NCBI GenBank assembly: GCA_027078545.1 | Contig: JALWXN010000004.1 | Location: 14,737 to 78,736, forward strand | Direction: 5' to 3' | Length of the DNA stretch: 64,000 nucleotides | Origin: Nitrososphaeria archaeon | GTDB taxonomy: Archaea > Thermoproteota > Nitrososphaeria > Geothermarchaeales > JDFR-13 | Part shown: positions 29,613 through 39,449 of the stretch, piece after piece | How positions within the stretch are numbered: the first letter of the stretch is position 1 | Layout: each line of letters starts with the position of its first letter | Position numbers and translations under genes: made by a program | Notes under the pieces: generated by a model | Databases searched by the model: none | Told to the model about the DNA's origin: nothing | Seen by the model: the letters and a program-made list of their open reading frames with translations, nothing else

Positions 29613-30044
29613 TCATGGCCCTGCGGAGACATATCTATATATCTTGTCATCACCCTTAATACGTCTCAACTCCCCCCTCTCCACAAGCCGCTTGAGAGTT
29701 ACAGCGACAGTGCTCTTATTGAAATACTGGCCCATAGATGCCAGGGCATCGATCACCTCCTTCAACGTCCGGGGCTTCCTACCCCACTCACTATCAAACA
29801 TCTTCCTCAGTATCGAGGGGAGATTGTCACCCCTCTCTATCTTGATGCTGGGCAGGTCGATCTCCAGCTCCTCCTCTCCTTGTACCTCATCACTAGGCTC
29901 CAAAACCTCGGCTTCAAATTGGGATAGTGAGACCACCTTCTCCAGGAAGTAGTCCACGTCCTCCCTACTCCCCCTAACCTCTATCTTCAATACCGTCCCA
30001 CCACTCCTCCTCAGGACTACCTTTAGATACACCTCGTCACTCAT
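29613..30044 (-). CDS. small two-domain winged-helix protein (paralog 3)
   Basis: The N-terminus YLKVVLRRSGGTVLKIEVRGSREDVDYFLEKVV matches the shared module. The C-terminal wHTH is VAVTLKRLVERGELRRIKGDDKIYRYVSA. Confidence 0.5.
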   Translation of the reverse strand: MSDEVYLKVVLRRSGGTVLKIEVRGSREDVDYFLEKVVSLSQFEAEVLEPSDEVQGEEELEIDLPSIKIERGDNLPSILRKMFDSEWGRKPRTLKEVIDALASMGQYFNKSTVAVTLKRLVERGELRRIKGDDKIYRYVSAGP

Positions 30045-31915
30045 ACTATCTCCTCCACCAGCCTTAGAACGGTCTTCGGATCCACCTTTCCACGATACTT
30101 AGACATTGCTATACCCATCAGCCTCTTAACAAGTATTTCACGTGGAAGCTCCCTCAGATCACTACGGGTCTCCAAAACCCCCATCAGGAATGACCGGAGC
30201 TCCTCCGTATCCATAGACATTTTATGCCTCTCAATAGCATCATCTACATCCATACCCTTGGCAACCTCCCTATACACCTCCTCCACAGCCTCCTTAGCCA
30301 ATACACCCCTATCAACAGCCTGTGCAACCCTCAGCATCACTTCTGGGGTGACACGCTCCATATCGACACCCTCCCGTGACAGGGAGCGGGGGATCGACCT
30401 TATCAGGTGTATAACATATCTAGGCTTCAGATTCTTGGAGCTACTAAGTATGGATTCGAAGAGGTCTAGCAGATCCGAGTCATATAGATCCTCGGCCTCC
30501 TCCCTCGAGATACCATACCTCTCCACCAACTCATTAATAACCTCCTCCGGATCCCTGACAACTATCCTCTCACGTATATCCTTAATCCTCGAGGGCCCGA
30601 CAGGGATTGGTGGGACATCAGTCTCCGGATACATCCTAGCCATCCCCGGCCTAGGCCTCATGTAATAAGTGGACCCATCGGGACCCGCTGCCCTAGTCTC
30701 CGGGGGGACGCCATCCAGGGCCTCGGCACAACGCTCCCTAATCTTCTCAAAGGTCAGCTCCCTAAGGCTCGGATCCTCAAGCCCCACTATTATGAAGCCA
30801 TCCATCTCATCCATACCCAGCCTTCTACGTACAGCCTCCACCTCCTCACTAGATATGCCGTATCCCGGCAGCTCATCACTATGGAATAACCCCTTGAGAC
30901 CAGTCCAGAAACGCAGCCTATCCAGTATCTCCCTAGCGAACGTCCTACCCCCAATATCCATGCCCAGGATACCCGCAAACTTGGGTAGTCTTATCCCGAA
31001 TACCTCTCCACCCCTATCCAAAACCCTCCGGACAATCTTACTCGATGTGGACCTGAATATATCTGTCAGGAGAACCTCCTCCTGTGAAGCTATCTCCTCC
31101 TTGGATACACCCCTATCGGCTAGGATACGGGCTATCTCTATCAGCTTCCTCTGCCTATTATATTCATATCTAATCACAGCCTCCAGCTGATCAAGCTGCT
31201 GCACACCCTTTATCTCGACCACTGCTCCACCATCAACAGATATGTTTACATCCTGCCTGACACTCCCGATCCCCCCTCTCTTATACCCAGTAGACCTAAC
31301 CAGCCTCCCAAGGTATCTAGCCACCCTGACAGCCTCATCAGGCGAGGATATGTCTGGGGCTGTAGAGATCTCTATCAAGGGTATGCCCAGCCTATCCAAG
31401 GAGTAGTGAGCCGTACTACCCTCCCTACCCAAGAGTCGAGACGCCTCCTCCTCAATGGCTAGGGACTGGACACCATACCTCTTATCACCTATGTAGAAAT
31501 AGCCATTGATACCCACCATACCAGTCCTCTGAAAACCAGTTGTGTTGGACCCGTCTACAACTATCTTCCTCATAAATATCAGTTCATCCACCACATCCAT
31601 CCCGAGATAATCAGCTATCGCCACTGCTACATCGATAGCCAACTCGTCAGGAAGATGCGGGGGCTCCTCATCCATCTCCACTAGGCAGCTAGACTCTACT
31701 GGGGAGGAATACCTAATCGTCAGGCCCTTCTCAAACTCGAAGAGCGCTGCTGGATCGACCTGGCCCAGCTCACTCTGGGTAGGCCTAAGCCTCCTAATAA
31801 AGTCTATATCCCTACCCACCACCGGGTTTGATGGGCATTTACAGAACAGCTTCCTACCAGTATCCAGCTGTATATGAACCTCCAGCCCAACCTTCAGACC
31901 CTTATATCCAGTCAT
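30041..31915 (-). CDS. gatE: Glu-tRNA(Gln) amidotransferase subunit E
   Basis: MTGYKGLKVGLEVHIQLDTGRKLFCKCP is the canonical GatE N-terminus. 624 aa, overlapping gatD by 14 nt. Confidence 0.9.
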   Translation of the reverse strand: MTGYKGLKVGLEVHIQLDTGRKLFCKCPSNPVVGRDIDFIRRLRPTQSELGQVDPAALFEFEKGLTIRYSSPVESSCLVEMDEEPPHLPDELAIDVAVAIADYLGMDVVDELIFMRKIVVDGSNTTGFQRTGMVGINGYFYIGDKRYGVQSLAIEEEASRLLGREGSTAHYSLDRLGIPLIEISTAPDISSPDEAVRVARYLGRLVRSTGYKRGGIGSVRQDVNISVDGGAVVEIKGVQQLDQLEAVIRYEYNRQRKLIEIARILADRGVSKEEIASQEEVLLTDIFRSTSSKIVRRVLDRGGEVFGIRLPKFAGILGMDIGGRTFAREILDRLRFWTGLKGLFHSDELPGYGISSEEVEAVRRRLGMDEMDGFIIVGLEDPSLRELTFEKIRERCAEALDGVPPETRAAGPDGSTYYMRPRPGMARMYPETDVPPIPVGPSRIKDIRERIVVRDPEEVINELVERYGISREEAEDLYDSDLLDLFESILSSSKNLKPRYVIHLIRSIPRSLSREGVDMERVTPEVMLRVAQAVDRGVLAKEAVEEVYREVAKGMDVDDAIERHKMSMDTEELRSFLMGVLETRSDLRELPREILVKRLMGIAMSKYRGKVDPKTVLRLVEEIV

Positions 31916-33242
31916 CTACACACCTCCTCCTCGCCGGGAAACTCCTCGGGAGTATATCGTGGGATATAGGCGTTGGCATGAGAGTATCGAGATAGTCCTT
32001 GCCAAAGCTCCCCAGGATCCAGGTAGCCTTTACATAGGCGGTCTCTGAGAGCATATCCTCAAGGGGCACCACGCCTATACGTAGGAGATCCCTACCGGTG
32101 TCATACACCCTGAGGTTCGTCCTACCCCATATACACTGCGAAGCCATAAAGACCCGGACCTCCTCTATAAACTCCTCCAAAACCTCTATAACACCCTGGG
32201 ACACGTGGCCAAGGCCGGATCCCTCAATCACCAATGCATCAATACCAGAGGCCATGACCAGCCTGACCACACTCGGATCCATGCCGGGGAAGAATTTGAG
32301 TAGGAAGACGCCCCTCTCTGCGAAGCCAGGCCTATACTCCACACTACCCCCACCCCTCTTGACAAATCTCAGCTCATCCCTAAGCCAGGTATATCTGATC
32401 TCCTTGAGATTCTTAACGAGGGCTAGGGGAGGGGCGCCAATAGTCTCGAAGGCATATCTGGCACTGGTATGGTTCTTCCTAACCCTTGTACCCAGATGGA
32501 TAGCCACCAAGTCATCAGATGTCGTGTGATGCATAGCTACGAAGACCCCACCAACATCCATATTCCCAGCAGCGTATAGGGCCGAGAGGAGATTAACAGC
32601 AGCATCGGAGCTAGGCCTATCACTAGACCTCTGGGACCCCACCAGTATAACGGGGATATCTATGCCCCTAAGTGCATAGCTCAAGGCTGCCGACGTATAG
32701 CCGAGTGTGTCAGTACCATGGAGAACAACGACTCCATCCACACCATCCCTATAGGCCCCATAGACAGCATCCGCTATCTTAGCCCAGTCACCAGGTGTGA
32801 GATGCTCACTATACTTATTCATCAGGACTACAGTCTCAATATCCGCTATATCGAGAACCTCAGGAATGATGTCGAAGAGATCCTCGGGCGTAACAGCTGA
32901 CCTAACACCTCCCGTTCTATAATCCACCCTACTCAGTATGGTACCACCCACCGCGATGATCCTAACCCGGGGCAGGGAGGAGGGTCTCTCCACCCTTCTC
33001 CTGACACTCTCAACACCACTCCATGGAGGCTCCAAACGCCTCACATCGACTATACGATCCATCCTCATCCCAATGTTATACCCATTATCCAGCTTCAGGA
33101 TCAGGATATCCTCCCCTGAGAAGATGGTCTTAGGCATCAAAACGCCCCTAAGCCTCTTACCACCATCATACACAATCTCTACATAGTCCCCCACCCTAAC
33201 TCCGAAGCGTTCCAAGAAGACCTCGTAGATAGACCTCGTCAT
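31902..33242 (-). CDS. gatD: Glu-tRNA(Gln) amidotransferase subunit D (asparaginase-like)
   Basis: 446 aa with an N-terminal GatD-specific domain and an L-asparaginase fold (VVLHGTDTLGYTSAALSY). It lies immediately upstream of gatE. Confidence 0.9.
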   Translation of the reverse strand: MTRSIYEVFLERFGVRVGDYVEIVYDGGKRLRGVLMPKTIFSGEDILILKLDNGYNIGMRMDRIVDVRRLEPPWSGVESVRRRVERPSSLPRVRIIAVGGTILSRVDYRTGGVRSAVTPEDLFDIIPEVLDIADIETVVLMNKYSEHLTPGDWAKIADAVYGAYRDGVDGVVVLHGTDTLGYTSAALSYALRGIDIPVILVGSQRSSDRPSSDAAVNLLSALYAAGNMDVGGVFVAMHHTTSDDLVAIHLGTRVRKNHTSARYAFETIGAPPLALVKNLKEIRYTWLRDELRFVKRGGGSVEYRPGFAERGVFLLKFFPGMDPSVVRLVMASGIDALVIEGSGLGHVSQGVIEVLEEFIEEVRVFMASQCIWGRTNLRVYDTGRDLLRIGVVPLEDMLSETAYVKATWILGSFGKDYLDTLMPTPISHDILPRSFPARRRCVDDWI

Positions 33243-33246
33243 CCCA

Positions 33247-34872
33247 TCACCCCAGATACTTACTCACGTATGGACCATCCCTCCTATATCCATGCCTATA
33301 GTAGTACTCCCTCACACCCACACCACTGATAACCAGGATCTTCTCCCCACCAAGTGTAGAGGCATAATCCTCCGCCACACTAAGCAGTCTCGACCCCACA
33401 CCACTATGCTGCCAACTACTCTCACCACTCGGCGATCCCAGGGGGAGGCTCCTGCCATATACATGTAGCTCCCTAACGATGAAGCTCTCACTAGAAACAA
33501 TCTCCTCACGCCACGCCCTATGGGACGGCCTCCTAAGCCTGATAAAGCCTATGATAATATCCTTCTCAACATCCTCCATACTGATGAAGAACTCTAGACC
33601 ATGGCTAGCCGAATACCTCCTCACCCTTATCACATATCGATCGGGATTAACACCCTCCTTAACATACCTATGCCCAGCCTCCCTACACCTGATACATCTA
33701 CACCTAGCCTCACGGAGAGATAGCTCCTCATAGACCAGCTGCCTAAGGTTGGGATACCTAACCCCAGCCACAACCTCCGTCGACGGTATATCCCTATTGA
33801 CCCTCATCACCCTGGTCCACGGCGGGATATAGTTCATCTTAACAGTCGCGATGAGGTCCCTAGCCTCCTCCGTCTCCAGGGGCTTGTAACGACCCTCCCT
33901 CCACAGCTTAATAAGCCCTGTATGCTCGAGGACCAGGGTGGGATATATCTTTAGATGGTCAGGTAGGTAGAGATCACTAGTGAATACCCGTTCGAAGACC
34001 TGGATATCATCTGCAAAACTTGTCAACGGAAGGCCAGGCATCAGGTGATACGTAACCTTCAGACCAGCATCCTTAAGTAGCTGAGTAGCATCCACAACAT
34101 CCCACTGCGTATGTCCCCTATTCACAAATCTATGGACATTATCATATATCGATTGGACACCAAGCTCAACACGGGTAGCACCGTGCTCCAACATCCAGTC
34201 AATATCCTCCTCCTTAGCGGCGTCGGGCTTAGTCTCGAAGGCCAGGCCTACAATCCTATACCTAGAACGCTCCGCAGCCACTAGAGCCTCATCCATTGAC
34301 CTAGGATAGTAGCCAATGAAGAACTGGAATAGCCTCTTCATATAGGCCTCACGATACCACTCGGGAGACTTGTTAAAAGTCCCTCCCTGGATAACTATAT
34401 CGATCTTATCGGTTGAATGGCCCATACTCTCCAGCTGCCTAACCCTACTCTCAACCTGTCTATAGGGATCAAACTGGAAGTTTATACCCCTCATAGCACT
34501 TGGCTCCTTACCAGTATAGGATATAGGCGCATCGGGGTAGTGCGGACAATAGATGCACCTACCATGGGGGCACTCAAATGGAGCCGTCATAATAGCCACG
34601 ATAACTATCCCAGAAATACTCCTGACAGGCTTCTTCAAGAGGAGAGACCTGACACTCTCCGAGGAGATATAGGGGATCAGATCCGCATTACTAGGTGTGT
34701 AGCCGAGGCCAAACTTCTTAGCTGCCTCCAGCTTAACCCTCTGCACCACATCCCTAGAGACGGATCCATATATCCTAATATGGTCGGAGAGCCTCCTCTC
34801 AACATACCTGGCTACCATCTCGACAACAGAGGCTCCAGTCGACACAGCCACACCTCCCCATTTAGATAACAC
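33247..34872 (-). CDS. elp3: Elongator Elp3 homolog (radical SAM plus GNAT acetyltransferase; tRNA wobble-uridine modification)
   Basis: The radical-SAM cluster CPHGRCIYCP, a central TIM-barrel, and a C-terminal GNAT domain (HSGVGSRLLSVAE). 541 aa. Confidence 0.85.
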   Translation of the reverse strand: MLSKWGGVAVSTGASVVEMVARYVERRLSDHIRIYGSVSRDVVQRVKLEAAKKFGLGYTPSNADLIPYISSESVRSLLLKKPVRSISGIVIVAIMTAPFECPHGRCIYCPHYPDAPISYTGKEPSAMRGINFQFDPYRQVESRVRQLESMGHSTDKIDIVIQGGTFNKSPEWYREAYMKRLFQFFIGYYPRSMDEALVAAERSRYRIVGLAFETKPDAAKEEDIDWMLEHGATRVELGVQSIYDNVHRFVNRGHTQWDVVDATQLLKDAGLKVTYHLMPGLPLTSFADDIQVFERVFTSDLYLPDHLKIYPTLVLEHTGLIKLWREGRYKPLETEEARDLIATVKMNYIPPWTRVMRVNRDIPSTEVVAGVRYPNLRQLVYEELSLREARCRCIRCREAGHRYVKEGVNPDRYVIRVRRYSASHGLEFFISMEDVEKDIIIGFIRLRRPSHRAWREEIVSSESFIVRELHVYGRSLPLGSPSGESSWQHSGVGSRLLSVAEDYASTLGGEKILVISGVGVREYYYRHGYRRDGPYVSKYLG

Positions 34873-34944
34873 AAATGAATGGTTTATAGTGTTGAAGTAG
34901 GTAAATACACGGTTTACACATAGTTTACATCTTTGGCCAGCCCC

Positions 34945-34965
34945 AACTATTTATAGGGCTGGACA
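34945..34965 (+). promoter_or_regulatory. TATA-like element (aactatttataggg) upstream of rps30e
   Basis: An AT-rich box about 35 nt upstream of the ATG at 34995. Confidence 0.3.
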
Positions 34966-34994
34966 CCTATCAAATCTCTATAGGTGATGGATAC

Positions 34995-35162
34995 ATGGGT
35001 ACACACGGTTCACTAACAAAGGCCGGGAAGGTTAGGTCCCTCACCCCAAAGATAGACCCACTACCAAAGCCCCCGACAAATCCCAAGAAGAGGAATAGGG
35101 CCAACTTCAAGAAGAGGATAATCCAGGGTAGGAGGCCTGGACAGTTCAGGGGAAGGTTCTAA
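34995..35162 (+). CDS. rps30e: ribosomal protein S30e (eS30), 55 aa; missing from the ORF track
   Basis: Hand translation of atgggtacacacggttcactaacaaaggccgggaaggtt... gives MGTHGSLTKAGKVRSLTPKIDPLPKPPTNPKKRNRANFKKRIIQGRRPGQFRGRF. This is the conserved eS30 HGSLTKAGKVR...TPK motif plus a basic tail. It ends at TAA 35160-35162. Confidence 0.75.
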   Translation: MGTHGSLTKAGKVRSLTPKIDPLPKPPTNPKKRNRANFKKRIIQGRRPGQFRGRF

Positions 35163-35344
35163 CCAACCGATATTTTTTACCCGAGCACTCTATATTCCAA
35201 ACAATTATTCAATTCTCTACACCTCGGACCATCTAGAGGAGTGTCCTCCCCTCCAGACAATCTCGGGCTACGGGCAACTATAATAGTCCTATCAACCTAT
35301 CTAAAGACAAGGGGATGGAGGATACTGGGCAGTAGACACATTAT

Positions 35345-36949
35345 ATGCAGAGTGACAAGGCCATGTCTAGATACCTATCCGCCATCAAGAGCTATACAAC
35401 GGCCCTACCACAGTTCGTGGCCCCAACAGTAATAAGCCTACTAACCTTCGGAATACTGGCCAGGATACTAACAGCCAAGGAACTAGGGATATACGGCCTC
35501 ATGGTATCCACAGTATACCTTGTAGGCCTATCGGCAAACTTCGGGCTCAAGAGGGCCGTAATAGTGGAGATCTCACGCGACAAGGAGGGGTGGAGATACG
35601 CGAAGGGAGCTATAAAACTGACAATCATATTTACACTAGCCGCGGCAGGTATAACCGCGGGGATATATTACTACTTCAAGATATTCGACGGACTGATCTA
35701 CTCAGGACCCACCTACCTAGCCTTCACACTACTACTCACACTATTCGCACTGAGGAACTTCATAAGCTTCCCACTAGAGGCCCTCAAAAAATTCCACCTA
35801 CCATCACTCTACACCACCGTGGGCTTCATAATATACCGGATACTCATGGTCGCAGCCGTAATATCTGGCCTAAGCCTCCTAGGCATAATACTGTCATGGG
35901 CATTAGGAGAGGGAATAGCCATAGCCGGGATAGCCAGGGAAGTAGCCAGATTCAGGGAGTCCATGGCCAACAGCCTCCGAATATCCCAGATGGGGGACCT
36001 ACTAGGAAAGGCACGCCACATCTTCCTCTTCGACATAACCATGTCCCTAGTCGAGTATGGAGACAGGATAGTAACCACATTATTCGGCTTCTACCTCCTA
36101 GCAAACTTCTACATAGCCAGCACAGGAGCCCAGGCAGTGGGGGCACTTGCACAAGCACTCTATAGCGGCCTACTACCACACCTATCCGAGGAGCTTAGGA
36201 GGAGCAGGAGGGAGGAATTCATGGGATACGTACAGAGGCTCAGTAAATACTTCACCCTCTTCCTATCACCCATCTACATAGTATCAGCAGTACTGGCATA
36301 CCCACTGATAATCCTACTAGCCGGATCAGGATACCAGGTAGCCATACCACTCTTCCAAATAATCGTTATCACGCTGGGCATAACGGTGATCCTACCACTC
36401 GTAGCCAACATCCTAATAGCTAGTGACCACCCAAGGGACCTGATGATAGCCCAGATAATAGGATTCATAGTAGACATAATCATCCTAATAGGCCTATACC
36501 CCTACATAGGATACCTATCAGCAGGCTTCGGAAAGGCCTTTCTCTACGTAACCACACTCTCGATATCCCTCTACCTACTATACAAGAGGCTAGGCATAAT
36601 ACCCTATAGACTGGTAGACATAGGCAAGATACTCATAGCCAACATAGTGACCATGGTACTCACATGGATACTATGGATACTAACATTCAGACTCACCCTA
36701 CTACCGCTCTACATAACATTCAGCATCCTAGCCTACATGATCCTACTACGCCAAATGAGGATAATCGATGCAGAGGATATCAGAATCCTCTTCTCCGAGA
36801 TTCCTTTAAAAGGCAAGCCCAGAGATATGATTTTTAAGCTCATAACCCGCCTAACAGGCGTTAAAACCGACCTAGAGACGGAGAAGGGAGGTAATCATGG
36901 GGAAAATCCACCTAACAACAATCTTGAAGATAGTCGAGAAAGACAGTAG
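35345..36949 (+). CDS. polysaccharide/oligosaccharide flippase-like membrane protein (MOP/Wzx superfamily)
   Basis: About 12-14 TM helices, with size and topology typical of Wzx/polysaccharide-biosynthesis exporters. The C-terminal 50 nt overlap nop5. Confidence 0.6.
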   Translation: MQSDKAMSRYLSAIKSYTTALPQFVAPTVISLLTFGILARILTAKELGIYGLMVSTVYLVGLSANFGLKRAVIVEISRDKEGWRYAKGAIKLTIIFTLAAAGITAGIYYYFKIFDGLIYSGPTYLAFTLLLTLFALRNFISFPLEALKKFHLPSLYTTVGFIIYRILMVAAVISGLSLLGIILSWALGEGIAIAGIAREVARFRESMANSLRISQMGDLLGKARHIFLFDITMSLVEYGDRIVTTLFGFYLLANFYIASTGAQAVGALAQALYSGLLPHLSEELRRSRREEFMGYVQRLSKYFTLFLSPIYIVSAVLAYPLIILLAGSGYQVAIPLFQIIVITLGITVILPLVANILIASDHPRDLMIAQIIGFIVDIIILIGLYPYIGYLSAGFGKAFLYVTTLSISLYLLYKRLGIIPYRLVDIGKILIANIVTMVLTWILWILTFRLTLLPLYITFSILAYMILLRQMRIIDAEDIRILFSEIPLKGKPRDMIFKLITRLTGVKTDLETEKGGNHGENPPNNNLEDSRERQ

Positions 36950-38072
36950 CAAGAAGATAGTCCTACACTCAGAGGACCCCGAGGAGGCTGGTAAGATAAA
37001 ATACATGCTTGAGAAGGGCGACAGGGACACCCTTCTAAAAATAATTGGGAGAGACGGAGAGGAGGAGATAGTGACATATTCACCACAGCTATACAGCCTC
37101 CTCAAGAGGGAGGGGATAGATGCCGAGTACCGACGTAAAAAGGATATAGACACCCTAGAAGCCATAGAGGCAGCTGAGAACAAGCCTGGAACAGACGCCA
37201 AGACATACCTCGCGAAGCTGATGGAGACATACACCACAGAGCGGCTAAAAGACGAGATGACGAATAAAGACATGCTGGTGATCCACGCGATAAACGCCTA
37301 CGACGAGTATACAGAGACCATCAACATATTCTATGAGAGGCTTAGGGAGTGGTACGGCATCTACTTCCCAGAACTAGCAAACTATGTGAAGAAGATAGAT
37401 AGATACGCCGCCCTAGTCAGAGACCTCCTCCTAAGGGAGAATATGAGGAAGGAGACACTCATCGAGAGAGGCTACCCAGAAGACAAAGCCGCAGCTATAG
37501 AGGAGGCAGCCAGAAACTCCACGGGAGGCATGCTATCAAGAGAGGATCTAGAAGTCATCCGTAAACACGCGGCAACCCTACTAGACCTGATTAAACAGAG
37601 GGAAGAGGTAGAGAAATACCTAGAAGAACTCTTAACAGAGGAGGCTCCAAATACTACACACCTCATAGGCCATAAACTAGCAGCCAGACTAATAGCCAAG
37701 GCCGGAGGCCTCAGGAGACTAGCCACATTACCAGCAAGCACTATACAGCTCCTAGGAGCGGAGAAGTCTCTCTTCATAGCCCTCAGAAAAGGTGGGAAGC
37801 CCCCGAAACACGGGATAATATTCCAGCACCCATTCATCAACCAGTCACCGAAGGTTATTAGAGGGAGAGTAGCCAGGCTACTCGCAGGGAAGATAGCCAT
37901 AGCAGCCAGGGTAGACGCCTTTGGAGGAGACTTCATAGGAGACAGACTACTCAGAGAAGTGGAGGAGAAGGTGGAGGAGCTCAGGAAGAAGGCCTCAAAA
38001 ATAAAGCAGAAGAAGATGCAGATGATGAGGAGGCAGAAACAGAAGAGGGGGCGTAGGAGAAGGAGGAGGTGA
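36897..38072 (+). CDS. nop5: C/D box sRNP protein Nop5 (Nop56/58 homolog)
   Basis: An N-terminal domain, a coiled coil, the NOP domain (GAEKSLFIALRKGGKPPKHGIIFQHPFI) and a C-terminal KKE/R-rich tail. It lies directly upstream of fibrillarin. Confidence 0.85.
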   Translation: MGKIHLTTILKIVEKDSSKKIVLHSEDPEEAGKIKYMLEKGDRDTLLKIIGRDGEEEIVTYSPQLYSLLKREGIDAEYRRKKDIDTLEAIEAAENKPGTDAKTYLAKLMETYTTERLKDEMTNKDMLVIHAINAYDEYTETINIFYERLREWYGIYFPELANYVKKIDRYAALVRDLLLRENMRKETLIERGYPEDKAAAIEEAARNSTGGMLSREDLEVIRKHAATLLDLIKQREEVEKYLEELLTEEAPNTTHLIGHKLAARLIAKAGGLRRLATLPASTIQLLGAEKSLFIALRKGGKPPKHGIIFQHPFINQSPKVIRGRVARLLAGKIAIAARVDAFGGDFIGDRLLREVEEKVEELRKKASKIKQKKMQMMRRQKQKRGRRRRRR

Positions 38073-38752
38073 GCCATGTGGATATCGTGAAGACGAAGAT
38101 AAACAACCTAGTCATCATAGATGGTGAGAGATACGCCACAATAAACATCACCCCAGGAATAACCTTCTACAAGGAGGAGGTAGTCAAGAAGGACGGGGTC
38201 GAGTATAGGATTTGGAACCCCTATAAAAGCAAGCTAGCAGCAGCCTTCAAAAACGGCCTACCAATAGATGTACTGGAAGATGTTAGGAGCATACTATATC
38301 TAGGCGCATCCACAGGAACAACGATCAGCCACCTATCCGACATACTAACCGACGGGATAATCTACGGGGTGGAGATAGGCCCTAGGGTGATGATGGAGTT
38401 CATAAACCGTGTAGTCAAGAACAGGAGCAATGTAATACCACTATTCTACGACGCCAGGCTACCTGAGAACTACATAGACATAGTAGATCCAGGCGTAGAC
38501 ATGGTATACTGCGACGTGGCCCAGCCTGACCAGACCAAGATACTTGCCGACAACGCCGACATATACCTAAGGAAGGGTGGGAAGATCCTACTAGCCATAA
38601 AGGCCAGGAGCATAGACGCTGTAGCACCGGTAAAGAAGATCTATGAGGGAGAGGTTGAATACCTGAGGAAGAGGGGATACAAAATATTAGAGGTGCTAGA
38701 GCTAGAGCCCTACGAGAAGGAGCACGCAATGGTATACGCCGTCAAACCATAA
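38069..38752 (+). CDS. flpA: fibrillarin (rRNA/tRNA 2'-O-methyltransferase)
   Basis: YRIWNPYKSKLAAA, LYLGASTGTTISHLSDI (SAM site) and VVFADVAQPDQ-like VYCDVAQPDQ. GTG start at 38069, which overlaps the nop5 stop, or GTG at 38078. Confidence 0.9.
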   Translation: MSHVDIVKTKINNLVIIDGERYATINITPGITFYKEEVVKKDGVEYRIWNPYKSKLAAAFKNGLPIDVLEDVRSILYLGASTGTTISHLSDILTDGIIYGVEIGPRVMMEFINRVVKNRSNVIPLFYDARLPENYIDIVDPGVDMVYCDVAQPDQTKILADNADIYLRKGGKILLAIKARSIDAVAPVKKIYEGEVEYLRKRGYKILEVLELEPYEKEHAMVYAVKP

Positions 38753-39386
38753 ACCTACCAACCCGGACAACCAGGACATACCTCTTAGTAACATCGGAAA
38801 CCACATCTATAAAACCATACTCATCACTAGACATGTCATACTCAATAAAGGGTGATCTAGGCACCTCTCCCCTATACTTAAACAGCACAATATAGTCCTC
38901 ATCATCTGACGCAGCCTCAACATTAACGACATACTCGGAGGAGCCCTCTATAAACCATATGAATGGGATCAAAGCCTGCTCCATCAACGTTGAATAAGCA
39001 ACGTTGATCAGGGACGCCATATCATCAACAAACACCTCGACAATATTAACCTTCAATCCATCCCTTCCCACATATTCATGGGGAGGAGTAGCCACCCTAA
39101 CCACTGGGATAGGTATGTAGGCTGGGGAGTCAACATACTCATAGGTAATCACCTCCCGCCCAGCATCATTGGGAGAGTAGGAGACTATCCTAGGCAGCTC
39201 CTCCAACCTGGCATATACAAAGACAGCCTGCACATCCTTCATCTGGGGAGGGAGATAGAAACCCAGTTCATAACCATTATCAGACCTATACCCCAGCAGA
39301 ACACTCCTCTCCCGCCTAACATCTGCAACCAGCCTAATCAAATCATCAACCCGGGTAAGCTCGACAGGCAGCGCCTTAATCCCCAT
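38742..39386 (-). CDS. hypothetical acidic protein
   Basis: A 214-aa ORF with coding-like composition. I recognise no family. Confidence 0.4.
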   Translation of the reverse strand: MGIKALPVELTRVDDLIRLVADVRRERSVLLGYRSDNGYELGFYLPPQMKDVQAVFVYARLEELPRIVSYSPNDAGREVITYEYVDSPAYIPIPVVRVATPPHEYVGRDGLKVNIVEVFVDDMASLINVAYSTLMEQALIPFIWFIEGSSEYVVNVEAASDDEDYIVLFKYRGEVPRSPFIEYDMSSDEYGFIDVVSDVTKRYVLVVRVGRFMV

Positions 39387-39449
39387 GACCTAGCCACCCC
39401 ACTAAATACAGGCTAGAATATAAACGGGAAATATACAGCCCCCGCTTAT

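Noticed and set aside
34975-34992. GTGATGG resembling a C-box (RUGAUGA) upstream of rps30e
   Set aside because: There is no matching D box (CUGA) or terminal stem at the expected 40-60 nt spacing. It overlaps the S30e start region, so the gene explains it better.
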